The notes under the pieces were generated by a model. The model worked only from the letters and a program-made list of their open reading frames with translations, made no database searches and had not been told where the DNA came from. A stretch of DNA of 61,782 bases from Candidatus Saccharimonadota bacterium. Its GTDB lineage: Bacteria > Patescibacteriota > Saccharimonadia > Saccharimonadales > Saccharimonadaceae. Below are positions 49,642-60,944 of this stretch, in pieces. The position numbers were made by a program, and so were the translations under genes. Positions within the stretch are counted from its first letter, which is position 1. Each line of letters opens with the position of its first letter. The DNA lies in the NCBI GenBank assembly GCA_017645955.1, contig JAGCNM010000037.1, forward strand, positions 1-61,782, in the 5' to 3' direction.

Positions 49642-50767
49642 TGAACGCCTTCATTTCTTTTTCAAATCGTTTCACTTCATATTCCTGAACCGACTTCGCA
49701 ATCTTCTCACGATTAAAACGAATCTTCTCGAACTGCAAAATCGCTTCCGCTAAAGAAGTGGCGGTTTGCTTTTCGAAAAACATCCCATTCTCGCCTTCCT
49801 TAATATAATCACGCGACCCGCCTTCATTAAATGCTAAAACCGGACATCCACAAGCCAGCGCTTCTACCGGCGCAATTCCAAACGGCTCTAAACTAGGAAA
49901 TAAATATCCCTTCGCTCCTGAAATATACGAAGCTAATTTTTCCTTTTTCATCATCGGCAAAAACTCGACCAACCCCGAACCCTTTGCCAGTTTAACTAGT
50001 TTTTTGTGTTCCGGACCCTCACCAATTACAACTAATTTCCTTTGCGACATTAAACAAGCTTTGACCGCAAGATCAACTCGTTTCCAATTCACCTGTCTAG
50101 ATGTTACAACATAATAATCCTTCGGTTTTGTCTTTTCGTATTTAAATGCATCTAGCTCAACCGGCGGATGAATAATCGTCGCCTCGCGTTTGTAGTATTT
50201 TAAAAGCGCATCCTTTGCATATTCCGAAATCGTAATATAATAATCCGGCCTTTTTGCCGCCCTTAAATCCGCTCGTCTTAAAGGAATTACAGTTAATCTA
50301 AAAAAGAATCGCACCAACGGATTAAAAATCCCAAACCCCGGGTTCTTAATGTAGTCATTGTACATCTGCCAATAATACTGCGTCGGCACATGACAATAAG
50401 AAATGTGAAGCCCATTTGGATTTTTTACATTCTTCTTTCCTTTTCTGTGAAGCCACTTCCCAGACTTCACAGCCTTTGCTTCCGCTCCCGTTACAGAAAT
50501 GATTAAATCGTACTCCGATAAATCTAAATGTGAAAAATATCGCTGCCTTAAAGGTCCTAAAATTCTTCTTAATTTCGCTGGGTATTTTTGTAACGAACCT
50601 GTCCTAATATCAGCGTCCGAAAACCAACCAATTCCCTTCGGATCGTATTGTGAAGTAAAAATCGGCGCCTTCGGAAACATCTTGTGAATATAAAGTAAGA
50701 CTTTTTCCGCCCCACCGACGTTTGTTAACCAATCACAAACTATCGCAACCTTTAAATCTTTTTTCAT
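49622..50767 (-). CDS. GT4 family glycosyltransferase
   Basis: DWL...GGAEKV, KRVD, EPFGIAPVEALACG.PV. Confidence 0.92.
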   Translation of the reverse strand: MKKDLKVAIVCDWLTNVGGAEKVLLYIHKMFPKAPIFTSQYDPKGIGWFSDADIRTGSLQKYPAKLRRILGPLRQRYFSHLDLSEYDLIISVTGAEAKAVKSGKWLHRKGKKNVKNPNGLHISYCHVPTQYYWQMYNDYIKNPGFGIFNPLVRFFFRLTVIPLRRADLRAAKRPDYYITISEYAKDALLKYYKREATIIHPPVELDAFKYEKTKPKDYYVVTSRQVNWKRVDLAVKACLMSQRKLVVIGEGPEHKKLVKLAKGSGLVEFLPMMKKEKLASYISGAKGYLFPSLEPFGIAPVEALACGCPVLAFNEGGSRDYIKEGENGMFFEKQTATSLAEAILQFEKIRFNREKIAKSVQEYEVKRFEKEMKAFIDEKLK

Positions 50768-52188
50768 TTTGCACCATCTCGTCTTAAAACCGCTGCAATC
50801 GTTTTAAAGAAAATCGAAGCGTCTAACATTAAAGACCAATTTCTCACATAATAAATGTCTAGCGCTCGTCTTTCTTCGAACGGAATATCTCTTCTTCCCG
50901 AAACTTGCGCAAATCCAGTTAATCCCGACTTAACCGTTAAAATTAGCGACCTGTCACCATAATCCCGTAACTCACCCGGAAGAAGTGCTCTCGGCCCAAT
51001 TAACGAAATATCTCCTTTTAGAATATTAAATAGTTGCGGTAGCTCATCAATTGAAGTCTCTCGAATAAATTGTCCAATTTTCGTTACGCGCGGGTCATTC
51101 TTTAAATAATCACCATTCTTACGATATTTTTTTATTAATTCCGGCTTGCCCATTTTAATAAACGCCTCTTCTGCCGTCATCCCACTATATTCCGATTTCA
51201 TTGACCTAAACTTATAGCAAATAAATTTTCGATTATACTGCGTCAATCTTTCATCCTTATAAATTGGCGAATGTTTAAAGTCCGAAAACTTAATAATTAA
51301 CCAAACAATCATCATCGGAATTAACGTTATAATAATCGCTATTAAACTAAACACGATATCAAACAACCGTTTCACGATAGCATATCCACCCGAAAGCGGA
51401 GTCGTCATTACGAGTACCGCCGGCGTATTTCCGACCAATTCTAACTCGCCAAAATGCGACGACAAAGCCGTTTCCGACGGCACAAAATAATATAGTAAAT
51501 GACGATTAATCGCCTGTTTATAAACATATTCCGTCGAACGCTCATCCGTTTGGAAAATTACATCCACTCGCGCTTTCTTTAAAGCTTCTTTTAGCGAAGA
51601 ATATTGACGTTTTCTTAAATCCTGCGGAATAAATTTTCGACTCGCGACAATTCCCGCCAACCTATATCCAGCCTCCGGCGTTGAAGTAATATAATCAGCT
51701 AAATATTCCGTATTTTTATGATTTCCAATAATCACTACTCGCTTTGTTCCGTAATCGCGCCTAAATATTAATCTAACAATTAACCTTACGATAATTCGTT
51801 CCGTCAATAAAAATACGAATGACAAAACAGCCGACGTCAAAGCCATAATTCTTACTGGAAACAAATTTTCGCCTTTAAAAAAGTCATAAACAATTAAAGC
51901 CGCTACCGATAAAATCGCCGCAAGAATCAGCTTTCCGCGTTCCGGCAGCCTAGATTTTCCTAAGAAAATATCCTTCCGATAAAGCCCCAAAGCCGCCAAA
52001 ATAATAATTAGAATCGGTACCAGTAAAATAACTGTGGTTGTAAAATCTAATAATTGCGACTCAAAAACATACGGCCTTGGATCGACATGTACCCTAATGT
52101 AATATGCTATTGCAAATGACAAAATTAACGCCACTGCATCCCCAATAATTAAGCAGAGTCTTAAAATAAAATCGGATTTTTTCCGCAT
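50764..52188 (-). CDS. initiating polyprenyl-phosphate sugar transferase (WcaJ/WbaP/CpsE type)
   Basis: KRLFD, KFRSM, DPRVT, SIDELPQL.N..KGD.S..GPR, GLTG.AQ. Confidence 0.93.
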   Translation of the reverse strand: MRKKSDFILRLCLIIGDAVALILSFAIAYYIRVHVDPRPYVFESQLLDFTTTVILLVPILIIILAALGLYRKDIFLGKSRLPERGKLILAAILSVAALIVYDFFKGENLFPVRIMALTSAVLSFVFLLTERIIVRLIVRLIFRRDYGTKRVVIIGNHKNTEYLADYITSTPEAGYRLAGIVASRKFIPQDLRKRQYSSLKEALKKARVDVIFQTDERSTEYVYKQAINRHLLYYFVPSETALSSHFGELELVGNTPAVLVMTTPLSGGYAIVKRLFDIVFSLIAIIITLIPMMIVWLIIKFSDFKHSPIYKDERLTQYNRKFICYKFRSMKSEYSGMTAEEAFIKMGKPELIKKYRKNGDYLKNDPRVTKIGQFIRETSIDELPQLFNILKGDISLIGPRALLPGELRDYGDRSLILTVKSGLTGFAQVSGRRDIPFEERRALDIYYVRNWSLMLDASIFFKTIAAVLRRDGAK

Positions 52189-52205
52189 ATATATATTATA
52201 TCATA

Positions 52206-54032
52206 TTACTCTACAGTAACAGATTTCGCGAGGTTACGCGGCTGGTCAACATTATAGCCTATCGCAACTGTCATATAATATGCAAACAATTGTGAAATTA
52301 AGTTCATTAAAATCGGCGTAAAAATCTTCAAAGGTGTTGTAATTTTTACAACATCCTCAACTTCTAAATCAAATTTATCTACATTCGTTACCGCAATAAT
52401 CTTCCCGCCTCGTGCTAAAACTTCCTGGACATTTGAAACGGCCTTTTCATACAATTCTCCTTCCGGAAGTAATGCCACCTCGAAAAATCGATTATCAATC
52501 AACGCCAGCGGTCCATGTTTCAACTCGCCGAATGCATATGCATTTGCATCAATATACGATATTTCCTTTAACTTCAAAGCTCCTTCCATCGCTGTCGGAT
52601 AAGCTGTTCCGCGTCCAAGATAAATTGCGTGCTCATAACCTTTGTACTTTTTCGCAATCTCTTTTATTAAATCTTTATTCACATCTAGGACTTTTTTAAT
52701 TTCCGCTGGCAACTTTGCAATTTCCTCAACATACGGCCTTAGAATGCTAGTTTTAACGCCTTTCGCCTGCGCAATCGTCAGCCCAAACATCACCATCGAA
52801 ATCACCTGCGAAGTAAAGGCTTTTGTCGACGCCACTGAAATTTCCGGCCCAACGTGTACATACGTCCCGCCATCAACTTCCCTCGCGATCGTCGATCCAA
52901 TCACATTAACAATCCCAATCGTTTTAATTCCCTGCTTCTTAATTTCACGAAGACAAGCCAATGTATCCGCCGTTTCTCCTGATTGAGAAACAATTAATGC
53001 CACTGAATCCCTCGGAATATAAGCTTCACGATAACGATATTCCGAAGCAATTACTGTTTCAATCGTCACTTCCGGAGCAAATTTCTCAATATAGTAACCA
53101 GCCAAAACTCCAGCATGATAAGCCGTCCCACAACCAACAATAATCAAATGTTTAATCTTACGCAGTTCCGCTTCTGAAAGGCCAGGTCCGCCTAAATGAA
53201 CTACTCCGTCTTTTACATTCACGCGTCCACGCAAGGTTTCCGTGAGCGATTCCGGTTGATCCATGATTTCCTTAAGTAAGAAATGGTCATATCCGCCTTT
53301 TTGAATCGCTGAAAGGCTTGTTTCAATTTCCTCAACCTTTGCCGAAACCGGCTCCGATCTTAAAGTTTTAATCTCAATACTCTCGCTCGTTACTCTCGCT
53401 ACCTCGCCGTCATTTAAATAAATCGCTTGTTTCGTATGTCCAACTAAAGCCGAAGCGTCCGATGCGATAAACGTTTCATCATGTCCCACTCCAATTACAA
53501 GCGGCGAACCGGAACGCGCCACTACGATTTCCTTCGGACTGAGTTCCGAAACTACCGCAATCCCGTAAGTACCCTTGACTAGCTTTAAAGCCTGTACTAC
53601 CGCATTCATCAATGGATGTTTCCCATCCTGATAGAACGAATTAATTAATGCCGCTAAAACTTCTGTATCCGTCTCGGATTTAAATTCATGATTCTTAATT
53701 GTTCTTTTCAAATCTTTATAGTTTTCAATAATACCATTATGAACTAAGAAAAGATGCCCAGCTTGATGTGGATGTGCGTTAGTTTCGCTCGGTTCTCCGT
53801 GTGTCGCCCACCTTGTATGACCAATCCCAATCGTATCTTCGCGTTTACTCTTTGCGAGTTTTTCCTCTAAATTTACAATCTTCCCCTTCGCGCGAATCAG
53901 CGTCGAAGACCCATCTTCCGCTAAAGTCACAATTCCCGCCGAGTCATATCCTCGGTATTCAAGTCGCTTTAATCCCGATATTAGAAAATTCTGTGCATTC
54001 TTTCCCCCAACATACCCAACAATTCCACACAT
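52206..54032 (-). CDS. glmS: glutamine--fructose-6-phosphate aminotransferase
   Basis: MCGIVG, EYRGYDSAG, HTRWATHG, SQSGETAD, PRNLAKSVTVE. Confidence 0.98.
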   Translation of the reverse strand: MCGIVGYVGGKNAQNFLISGLKRLEYRGYDSAGIVTLAEDGSSTLIRAKGKIVNLEEKLAKSKREDTIGIGHTRWATHGEPSETNAHPHQAGHLFLVHNGIIENYKDLKRTIKNHEFKSETDTEVLAALINSFYQDGKHPLMNAVVQALKLVKGTYGIAVVSELSPKEIVVARSGSPLVIGVGHDETFIASDASALVGHTKQAIYLNDGEVARVTSESIEIKTLRSEPVSAKVEEIETSLSAIQKGGYDHFLLKEIMDQPESLTETLRGRVNVKDGVVHLGGPGLSEAELRKIKHLIIVGCGTAYHAGVLAGYYIEKFAPEVTIETVIASEYRYREAYIPRDSVALIVSQSGETADTLACLREIKKQGIKTIGIVNVIGSTIAREVDGGTYVHVGPEISVASTKAFTSQVISMVMFGLTIAQAKGVKTSILRPYVEEIAKLPAEIKKVLDVNKDLIKEIAKKYKGYEHAIYLGRGTAYPTAMEGALKLKEISYIDANAYAFGELKHGPLALIDNRFFEVALLPEGELYEKAVSNVQEVLARGGKIIAVTNVDKFDLEVEDVVKITTPLKIFTPILMNLISQLFAYYMTVAIGYNVDQPRNLAKSVTVE

Positions 54033-54076
54033 ATCTTCTCCTCCACTTTATTAGTGATACCTCTTATTATAACATA

Positions 54077-57000
54077 CTAGTTGTCGGCGACACATCTAAT
54101 CGAGTATCCCGCATGTTTATATGTACCACCAGGATTCGAGAATGAAAATATACTAGTGCCAATACCAAAATCATAAGCTGTAGCTTCAGTATACGAAGTA
54201 GATGACCAATAATCTCCATACGATCCAAGGCTCCCAAAAGATTCAGCCCAAACGTGGCCAGAATAAACAAAATTATTAGGATACTTTCTAGCATTTTTGC
54301 TTGCCGAAGCATCATGGGCATCGCTATTGTTATTAATTTTATAATTTAGATAATAAAAACCGCCCGGTGTATTTCCACCATAAGTCGAATTTGCATCTCC
54401 ACCATACGGCAACCTCCATCCTTTCGGGCAAATACTTGAACCAGAAAGAACCACAGAATTATTGTTCGCTATGCTAGCTACGGATGCAGCCCATGTATAA
54501 TAATTACCGTAGCTGTAAACATTTTGCCCAGCCGAAGTCATATTAGATATACCATTAGATGTGTTAGTATTGTTGTATCTTGGAAAACGATAAGGACCAT
54601 AAACAGCAACAGTATTCCCGCTTCCGTTTATACTATATAAACTATTGGATGGATATGGATCCGCAACATTCACCCATGGCGCCTCCGGATCCGCTAAGCC
54701 AACAAAACCAGAAGAATAACCTTGAGCCAACGATCCGCTCGCATTGTTGCTTGCATTACTATCAAGTCTTAAGTTCTCAATCATCCAACATTTTCCATCC
54801 GCTAGTTTAGCTACCGCATAAACATCATTATCCCTCGTATCCTTTAAAGCAGTCACAGCACCACTAGCTAGAGAAGAACAACCCGTCCAACCTTGTAAAT
54901 TCCCCGCCGAAGCTACCCATTTCGCGTAGAGGATGAGTCCTTGACTTGAATACTGTCTAGCAGTAATTGTGATTGTCTCATTCGGACCATAATTAGTGCC
55001 CGTCCCATCAGCTTTCGTATTCCAACCCGCAAATCCATATCCACTCCTTTGGAAATTAGAAGCCCAAAAAGTCACTTCGGTCGCAGATGCACTTATTGTT
55101 TGTTTACCCATAGTAGTAGAACTATTCGCACCATTATCAACATAACAGACTCTCCCACCCGTACAGGTATAATGAGCATAGAGAGTATTACTCGCGCTAA
55201 CATCATTCGTCGTTGAAGTCCTAATCCATCGACCGCTACTATCGGTCCAACCCGAAACAGAACTTACAATCGTTCCATCCGCGTTAACCACTTTCGTTCC
55301 GCCTTCCGCCGCGGTATACCAACCATCAAAATCAAGATTAGTTGGCGGAGTAGCACTAGGAATCGCTCTAGCACTAGAACCGGTTCTAGAAGAGAAGGTT
55401 CCTGCCATTTGATAACTAACATAAACCGGGCTTGTCCCACTTAAAGTCCCCCCGTTACTCGTCGCATTAAAGTCGATTCTCGAATTAACTATTATTAAAC
55501 GAGTTCTATTCGCGACAGTTGTGCCAGTACTGTATCCAGTACCAGAAGTACAAGTCGAAGTAATCGTACTATCATTTTTATCAGTTACTACCACTCTAAC
55601 ACCATAAAACCTCCCGTAAGCATTCCTAAATGCATTAGCCGCAATAGTCAAAGTATTACTACTTTGAGCTGTACCGAAGTTACCCAAATCCGCAGTACCC
55701 CCATCCACAGTTGACGAGCCCGCCACATACCCAAACGAATAAGTAATATTAACACTACTAGTATCGTAATTAGCCGCATTGGAAGTTGCCGTTAAAGTTG
55801 TACTCGAACGATTATAAGCCTTTGTTGCACCGCCTCGAATAGTACAAACTGGCGTTGCGAGTGTAGTAGCATTTATATTAATCACACCGTTCCCCACCCC
55901 GACGGTATAAGTCGTCCCATTTAAGGTACCATAACTATCTATCTTCTCATATCTAGTCCCACTATAACCAGTCTTATAGGTCGGAGTCGCAGAAGAAAGA
56001 TTAATCGTATCGCCATAATGATAAGTCTTAGTTAAAGTAGCCGACCCAGTACCGGTCCAGCCCGAAAGCGCCACACTACCAACACCATTACCAGCATTTA
56101 TCGTAATCGTGTAGTCCGCCAACACACAAACACCATAAAGAGTCTTATTACTAGAAGGCGCTAACGAACCTCCGGACTCGTATTGAATCGTAGTCGCGCC
56201 AGAAGAAGTCTCAGTCCAACCACAGTTATAACCCGGTCTAGTAATGGTCGGCAAAGTTTTCGCTTCAGCCGTCCAACCAGCATAAAGAGTCACGCCTCCA
56301 TTCGCAGTCCATCCACCGTTCGAATTAGTGTAACTTGTGTTAGCTTGCAAAACTGGGATGGCATCGTTTGAGGCTATTTTATTCGTAGCACCACTTTCCT
56401 TATACCAACCATTAAAGGTATACGTTGAAGTTAATGTAGATGTAGACGAAACGGAAGCCCCGTTAGCATTATTACCAGAAGGCTTAGAAAATCCAGAAAT
56501 AGTGTGCTTTCTTTGCGGTACCGTTATAGGCGAAAGTGTCGTAGAACCAGAAGCCGTGGTAGTAGAGCTCGACCCTGCTGTAGTAGCACCATTACCATCA
56601 AGAATAATTGTATACGTATCAGCTACACACCTCACAGATTGCCCATAAGACTTAATATTTCCAGCAGTCCCCGGCGAAACACTAGTAGTTGATAACGAAA
56701 GATAATAGGAGCTAGTATTACTATTTGACAACGATGTCCAATAGTATCCATTGCTACCTCTACCATTAAAAGTTGACCCATTATAGATATCCCCAGAGAA
56801 TACAAAATTATTCGGATAAGCCCTTAAATTATTACTTGCTGCAGTATTGGTCACATTAGAATTGTTATTAAGCTTGTAATTCAAATAGTAAAACCCGCCA
56901 ATACTATTACCACTACCTGAAGCATTACCGCCATAAGGCAATCGCCACCCAATCGGACAAATCGAACTCCCTACAGTTTGGGAAGTATAACCATCGACCA

Positions 57001-60000
57001 CAGTTGTAGGACCAGAATAATCCTTTGTATTAGCCATTGCTGCAGCCCAAGTGTAATAATTACCATAAGAATAAGTTGCAGTGCTTAAACTACTATAATG
57101 TTGAGTAGTCGAAGTCGATCGATTATCCGTAACACTCGGGCCTGATGCTCGTTCATTCGTATTAGAGTTATTATAACGCGGGAAACGATATCCCTGATTA
57201 TTACCGGTGATATTTGTTGTACTATAAAGTGAATTAGCCGTAGTTGAATTAGAAAAATTAGCCGATTCCGACGTAGATAAACCTGTAAACGGCGCTACAT
57301 AACCTTGGGCAAGCGACGCATAACTGTTAGTTGTAAATTGACCTTCAAGCCTTAAGTTTTCCGTCATCCAACAAGCCTCATCCGCTAATTTCGCAACCGT
57401 ATAAACCTGATTATCTCGTTGATCCTTCAGAGCAACTACATCATTAATAGACATACTGGAACAACCATTCCAGTTCTGCATATAAACTCCCGTTTGCGCC
57501 GGCACCCAAACCGCGTAAAGCGTCTTCGTTTCGCCAGGAGTTGTTGGCGCTGAAGCGACAAAAGCCTCATTTGGCCCATAAATCTTAGACGAACCGCCCG
57601 GCTGCGCACTACTATCAAACGACCAACCCGCAAAACCATAGTTAGCTTTGCTATAGTTCGAAGCAAATAAATCAAATTTATCATTTTCAAACACATTCGT
57701 ATGTTTCACGTTCGTCATTACCCCCGCATCAGCTCCATTCCCATTATAGACAATAGTGTAAGCTGGTTTCCAAACAGTATAAACAGTTATATCCGAAGTC
57801 GGCGTGATACTTTGACCCTTCGTATATACTACATTCGTACCAGCACTATTAGTATCCCAGCCAGCCAAACTATAATTAGTCTTAGACCAGCTCGTAGAAG
57901 GCGACACAGCAATACTCTGTCCTCTAACCACATTCTTCGTTTGTGTAGCATTCGTTTCAGTATTCACAAATGTCAACACCCAAAGGTTATCCCATATCGC
58001 ATATACAGTTTTCGTCATTCCATTACCGCCAGGAAGAGATTTCAAAATCTCATCTGCCGAACTATAATTGACCGTAGTAGCAGAACTGCTTTCATGCCAA
58101 CCATTAAATGCTGTATGCGCATCCATAGTAGGAGTCTTATATGCCCCACCCACAATAGAACGCGCAGTACAAAAGGAAGTGTTTTGATTAGAAGTTATCG
58201 GCTCCCCGTTTGCATCAAGTCCTACAATCACAGCATAATATCCATAATCAACGACAGAACCATCAGATCGAAAAGCGAACGTTACCGTATCTCCCATAAT
58301 CTCACCACTCAAAGTCGTCATCGTTTTACCACCATATTTTCCCCCAGTACTACCAGTCCCAGTCCACGTCACACCAGTAGAATAATTATTTGCTGCCGTA
58401 TAGTCCGAATGGCTCCCAGTCCAAAAACTCACCCAGTCATAGCTAGTTGATTCCGTCTTATAAGTTAGTTTAATATATAGTTTCGACGCCCCCGAAATCG
58501 TAATCACCTCATTAGTGTTCATATTATTCGTATAAGTACCATTTCGCGTCCCATCATCCGAAATATTGCTCGTATGAGAATAACGAATTGCACTAGTCGC
58601 AACATCCTGGCAATCGTTATAATAATATACTGTATTTCTCGTGGCTCCACCGCTAAACTCTAGTCCATTCCCTTCATAATTCACTTTCAAAGTCTCAACC
58701 CCCTTCCACTGTGCATACAGCGTCACAGCACCACCACCCGCCGTCAAATCTGTCACCGATTGCTCGTCAATATAACTCGTCCCCGAGCCATCCGCAGCTG
58801 TATTCCATCCATCAAACGACCAATAAGTATACTCGGTCCCAGGAATAGTTGTTCCACTCGCGTTTTGATAAGACGAACCGAGCGCCGGAGCAGTAAAGCT
58901 ATTTGCAGAAAGATTCGTTGCCTCTCCTTCATAAATCGTCTGATTCGCCATCGAACCCGAACCGCCATTAGCGTTAAACGAGACAGTATAACCACGACTT
59001 GCTATACATCTCACCGACGTTCCGATATATTTAGCCTGCGAATACGTACCAGGATAAAGCGTAGAATTACCGAAAGCTAATCTATAACCATATCTATAAC
59101 CATTTACTGAAGATGTTGCATAATAACCATGAGTACCCTTACCAACAGATGAAGTATCATCGAATCGTCCAGCAAAGACAAAATTATTCGGATACCTTCT
59201 AATTAACCTATCTTCATTTCCCCCAGTGTAGTATGGTCGTGAAACACTGCCGTAATTTGATGGTCTAGTACCATTATTTAGAGTAGTTACAATCAAACTC
59301 CAATATTCGTTATTAGATTCATTATTCTTGTCTCCGCCCTTAGGTAACTTCCAACCAGCCGGACAAATCGAAGTTGTAGTAATAGATGAATTATTCACGT
59401 CGTAATACCCTACATCAGCCACCGCCGCCGACCAAGTATAGTAATTACCGTATTGATAAACATTTTGACTAACCTCAGACATCGTCCCAGTGGTGCTATT
59501 CGTGTTAGCGTTGCTATATCTTGGAAAACGAGAAAACGGATAGCCACTAGACGAAATATTAACCGTCGCACTGCCACTCTGAGTACCAGCATAATACAAA
59601 CTATTAGCAGTAGTAGACTCAGCAAAGTTCGCTGTTTCCGGCTGAGCTAACCCCGAGAAATTACCATAAGTTGAAGAAGAAGCATACCCTTGCGCCAATG
59701 TCCCATCCGAATTATGCGAAGCATTATAATCAAGCCTTAAATTCTCAATCATCCAACACCTTCCATCAGCTAATTTCGCAACAGCATAAACATCGTTATC
59801 TCGTTGATCTTTTAAAGCAATCACATCGCCAGCACTCAAGCTATCGCAACCCCTCCAATTCTGTAAAACCGCATTTTGAGCTGGCTTTACCCATACTGCA
59901 TACAAAGTAATATATTGCGTATTATTCTCTACCGTCGCCTGAGTTAGAAAAGTTGCATCTGTCGTAATAGTCTCGTTCGGCCCGAAAACTTTGCCCGCTG

Positions 60001-60811
60001 CAACAGCCGTGGCTAAATCGGACTGAAAAGTTCCCGAATCCGGATTTAATTGAACCGTGGACCAACCCGCAAACCCGTAACCGCTTCTCTTATAATTTGA
60101 TGTAGCGAGCGTCACATCATCGTCTTCTAGTACATTATGTGTAATTCCCATCGTCGGTGTAGAACTCGCCCCGTTTCCATTGTAACGAATAATATAATTT
60201 GCACAGTTAGCCGTCGGAGTTAAGAAATAAGTAATCGCATCATCGCCAGCACCCTGTGACGATTCAGACAGCGTATAAATACCTGGAGGTAAATCGGCAT
60301 CAACTGAAACCCCGAAGAAGACCGTAGCTGAATCACCGCCCGAAGCTGAAGCGGTTAACTTCGTTTTAATCTGGTTAGCGGTATTAGTTAAACCAATAAA
60401 GTTCGAACTAACTGTCGTTTCGCTATTTGTACTATATCCCCAAGTCCCTATATTATTTCCCAAAATAGATGCCGGATTAGCGTTCGTTCCAGAAGAAGCT
60501 TCAATTGTGTTTGCGTTCGAACTATTCCCTCCTAGATACAAGGCATTATCCGTTGGCCCAGCAATCGAAACCGTATAACCTAGTGGACAAGTCGAAACGA
60601 TATTAAGACTATCCGTCCCAAGATTAGCGCCGCTACCGTTAGGCGAAACATTAACTGTTATTTCCCCTTCAGTAGAAAGAGTAGCAGTATGCGCAAAAAC
60701 AGGAGCGACGTTCATCGAAGAAATCGTCGTAAGGCAAAGAGCAACAATCCCGACACTTATTATGCGAAAAAGTCGCCTGCGTCCTCCAAAATTATTATTT
60801 ATGACCTCCAA
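54077..60811 (-). CDS. 2244-aa surface protein with three FISUMP/CLec-like domains and InlB-B/Flg_new-like repeats
   Basis: Signal peptide; three copies of D.RD..VY...KLAD..CWM.ENL...GNYYTW...SICP.GW.LP...S(V/I)RC(I/V)A; repeats Y.GNG...F.GW...T.YA.W. Confidence 0.88.
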   Translation of the reverse strand: MEVINNNFGGRRRLFRIISVGIVALCLTTISSMNVAPVFAHTATLSTEGEITVNVSPNGSGANLGTDSLNIVSTCPLGYTVSIAGPTDNALYLGGNSSNANTIEASSGTNANPASILGNNIGTWGYSTNSETTVSSNFIGLTNTANQIKTKLTASASGGDSATVFFGVSVDADLPPGIYTLSESSQGAGDDAITYFLTPTANCANYIIRYNGNGASSTPTMGITHNVLEDDDVTLATSNYKRSGYGFAGWSTVQLNPDSGTFQSDLATAVAAGKVFGPNETITTDATFLTQATVENNTQYITLYAVWVKPAQNAVLQNWRGCDSLSAGDVIALKDQRDNDVYAVAKLADGRCWMIENLRLDYNASHNSDGTLAQGYASSSTYGNFSGLAQPETANFAESTTANSLYYAGTQSGSATVNISSSGYPFSRFPRYSNANTNSTTGTMSEVSQNVYQYGNYYTWSAAVADVGYYDVNNSSITTTSICPAGWKLPKGGDKNNESNNEYWSLIVTTLNNGTRPSNYGSVSRPYYTGGNEDRLIRRYPNNFVFAGRFDDTSSVGKGTHGYYATSSVNGYRYGYRLAFGNSTLYPGTYSQAKYIGTSVRCIASRGYTVSFNANGGSGSMANQTIYEGEATNLSANSFTAPALGSSYQNASGTTIPGTEYTYWSFDGWNTAADGSGTSYIDEQSVTDLTAGGGAVTLYAQWKGVETLKVNYEGNGLEFSGGATRNTVYYYNDCQDVATSAIRYSHTSNISDDGTRNGTYTNNMNTNEVITISGASKLYIKLTYKTESTSYDWVSFWTGSHSDYTAANNYSTGVTWTGTGSTGGKYGGKTMTTLSGEIMGDTVTFAFRSDGSVVDYGYYAVIVGLDANGEPITSNQNTSFCTARSIVGGAYKTPTMDAHTAFNGWHESSSATTVNYSSADEILKSLPGGNGMTKTVYAIWDNLWVLTFVNTETNATQTKNVVRGQSIAVSPSTSWSKTNYSLAGWDTNSAGTNVVYTKGQSITPTSDITVYTVWKPAYTIVYNGNGADAGVMTNVKHTNVFENDKFDLFASNYSKANYGFAGWSFDSSAQPGGSSKIYGPNEAFVASAPTTPGETKTLYAVWVPAQTGVYMQNWNGCSSMSINDVVALKDQRDNQVYTVAKLADEACWMTENLRLEGQFTTNSYASLAQGYVAPFTGLSTSESANFSNSTTANSLYSTTNITGNNQGYRFPRYNNSNTNERASGPSVTDNRSTSTTQHYSSLSTATYSYGNYYTWAAAMANTKDYSGPTTVVDGYTSQTVGSSICPIGWRLPYGGNASGSGNSIGGFYYLNYKLNNNSNVTNTAASNNLRAYPNNFVFSGDIYNGSTFNGRGSNGYYWTSLSNSNTSSYYLSLSTTSVSPGTAGNIKSYGQSVRCVADTYTIILDGNGATTAGSSSTTTASGSTTLSPITVPQRKHTISGFSKPSGNNANGASVSSTSTLTSTYTFNGWYKESGATNKIASNDAIPVLQANTSYTNSNGGWTANGGVTLYAGWTAEAKTLPTITRPGYNCGWTETSSGATTIQYESGGSLAPSSNKTLYGVCVLADYTITINAGNGVGSVALSGWTGTGSATLTKTYHYGDTINLSSATPTYKTGYSGTRYEKIDSYGTLNGTTYTVGVGNGVININATTLATPVCTIRGGATKAYNRSSTTLTATSNAANYDTSSVNITYSFGYVAGSSTVDGGTADLGNFGTAQSSNTLTIAANAFRNAYGRFYGVRVVVTDKNDSTITSTCTSGTGYSTGTTVANRTRLIIVNSRIDFNATSNGGTLSGTSPVYVSYQMAGTFSSRTGSSARAIPSATPPTNLDFDGWYTAAEGGTKVVNADGTIVSSVSGWTDSSGRWIRTSTTNDVSASNTLYAHYTCTGGRVCYVDNGANSSTTMGKQTISASATEVTFWASNFQRSGYGFAGWNTKADGTGTNYGPNETITITARQYSSQGLILYAKWVASAGNLQGWTGCSSLASGAVTALKDTRDNDVYAVAKLADGKCWMIENLRLDSNASNNASGSLAQGYSSGFVGLADPEAPWVNVADPYPSNSLYSINGSGNTVAVYGPYRFPRYNNTNTSNGISNMTSAGQNVYSYGNYYTWAASVASIANNNSVVLSGSSICPKGWRLPYGGDANSTYGGNTPGGFYYLNYKINNNSDAHDASASKNARKYPNNFVYSGHVWAESFGSLGSYGDYWSSTSYTEATAYDFGIGTSIFSFSNPGGTYKHAGYSIRCVADN

Positions 60812-60944
60812 AACACACTCTTTTTATCTAAACACTTACGTTTAATCTACTCTTTAATCATATCGCTCATCGTTATTCGTGTCAAACGAATTTCCGACTT
60901 TTCCACAGTAAAATTTAGTCATAAAACTATGCTACAATAAGCTT

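Noticed and set aside
54033-54076. glmS ribozyme upstream of glmS
   Set aside because: Only 44 bp separate glmS from the upstream gene, enough for a -10 and Shine-Dalgarno but not the ribozyme.
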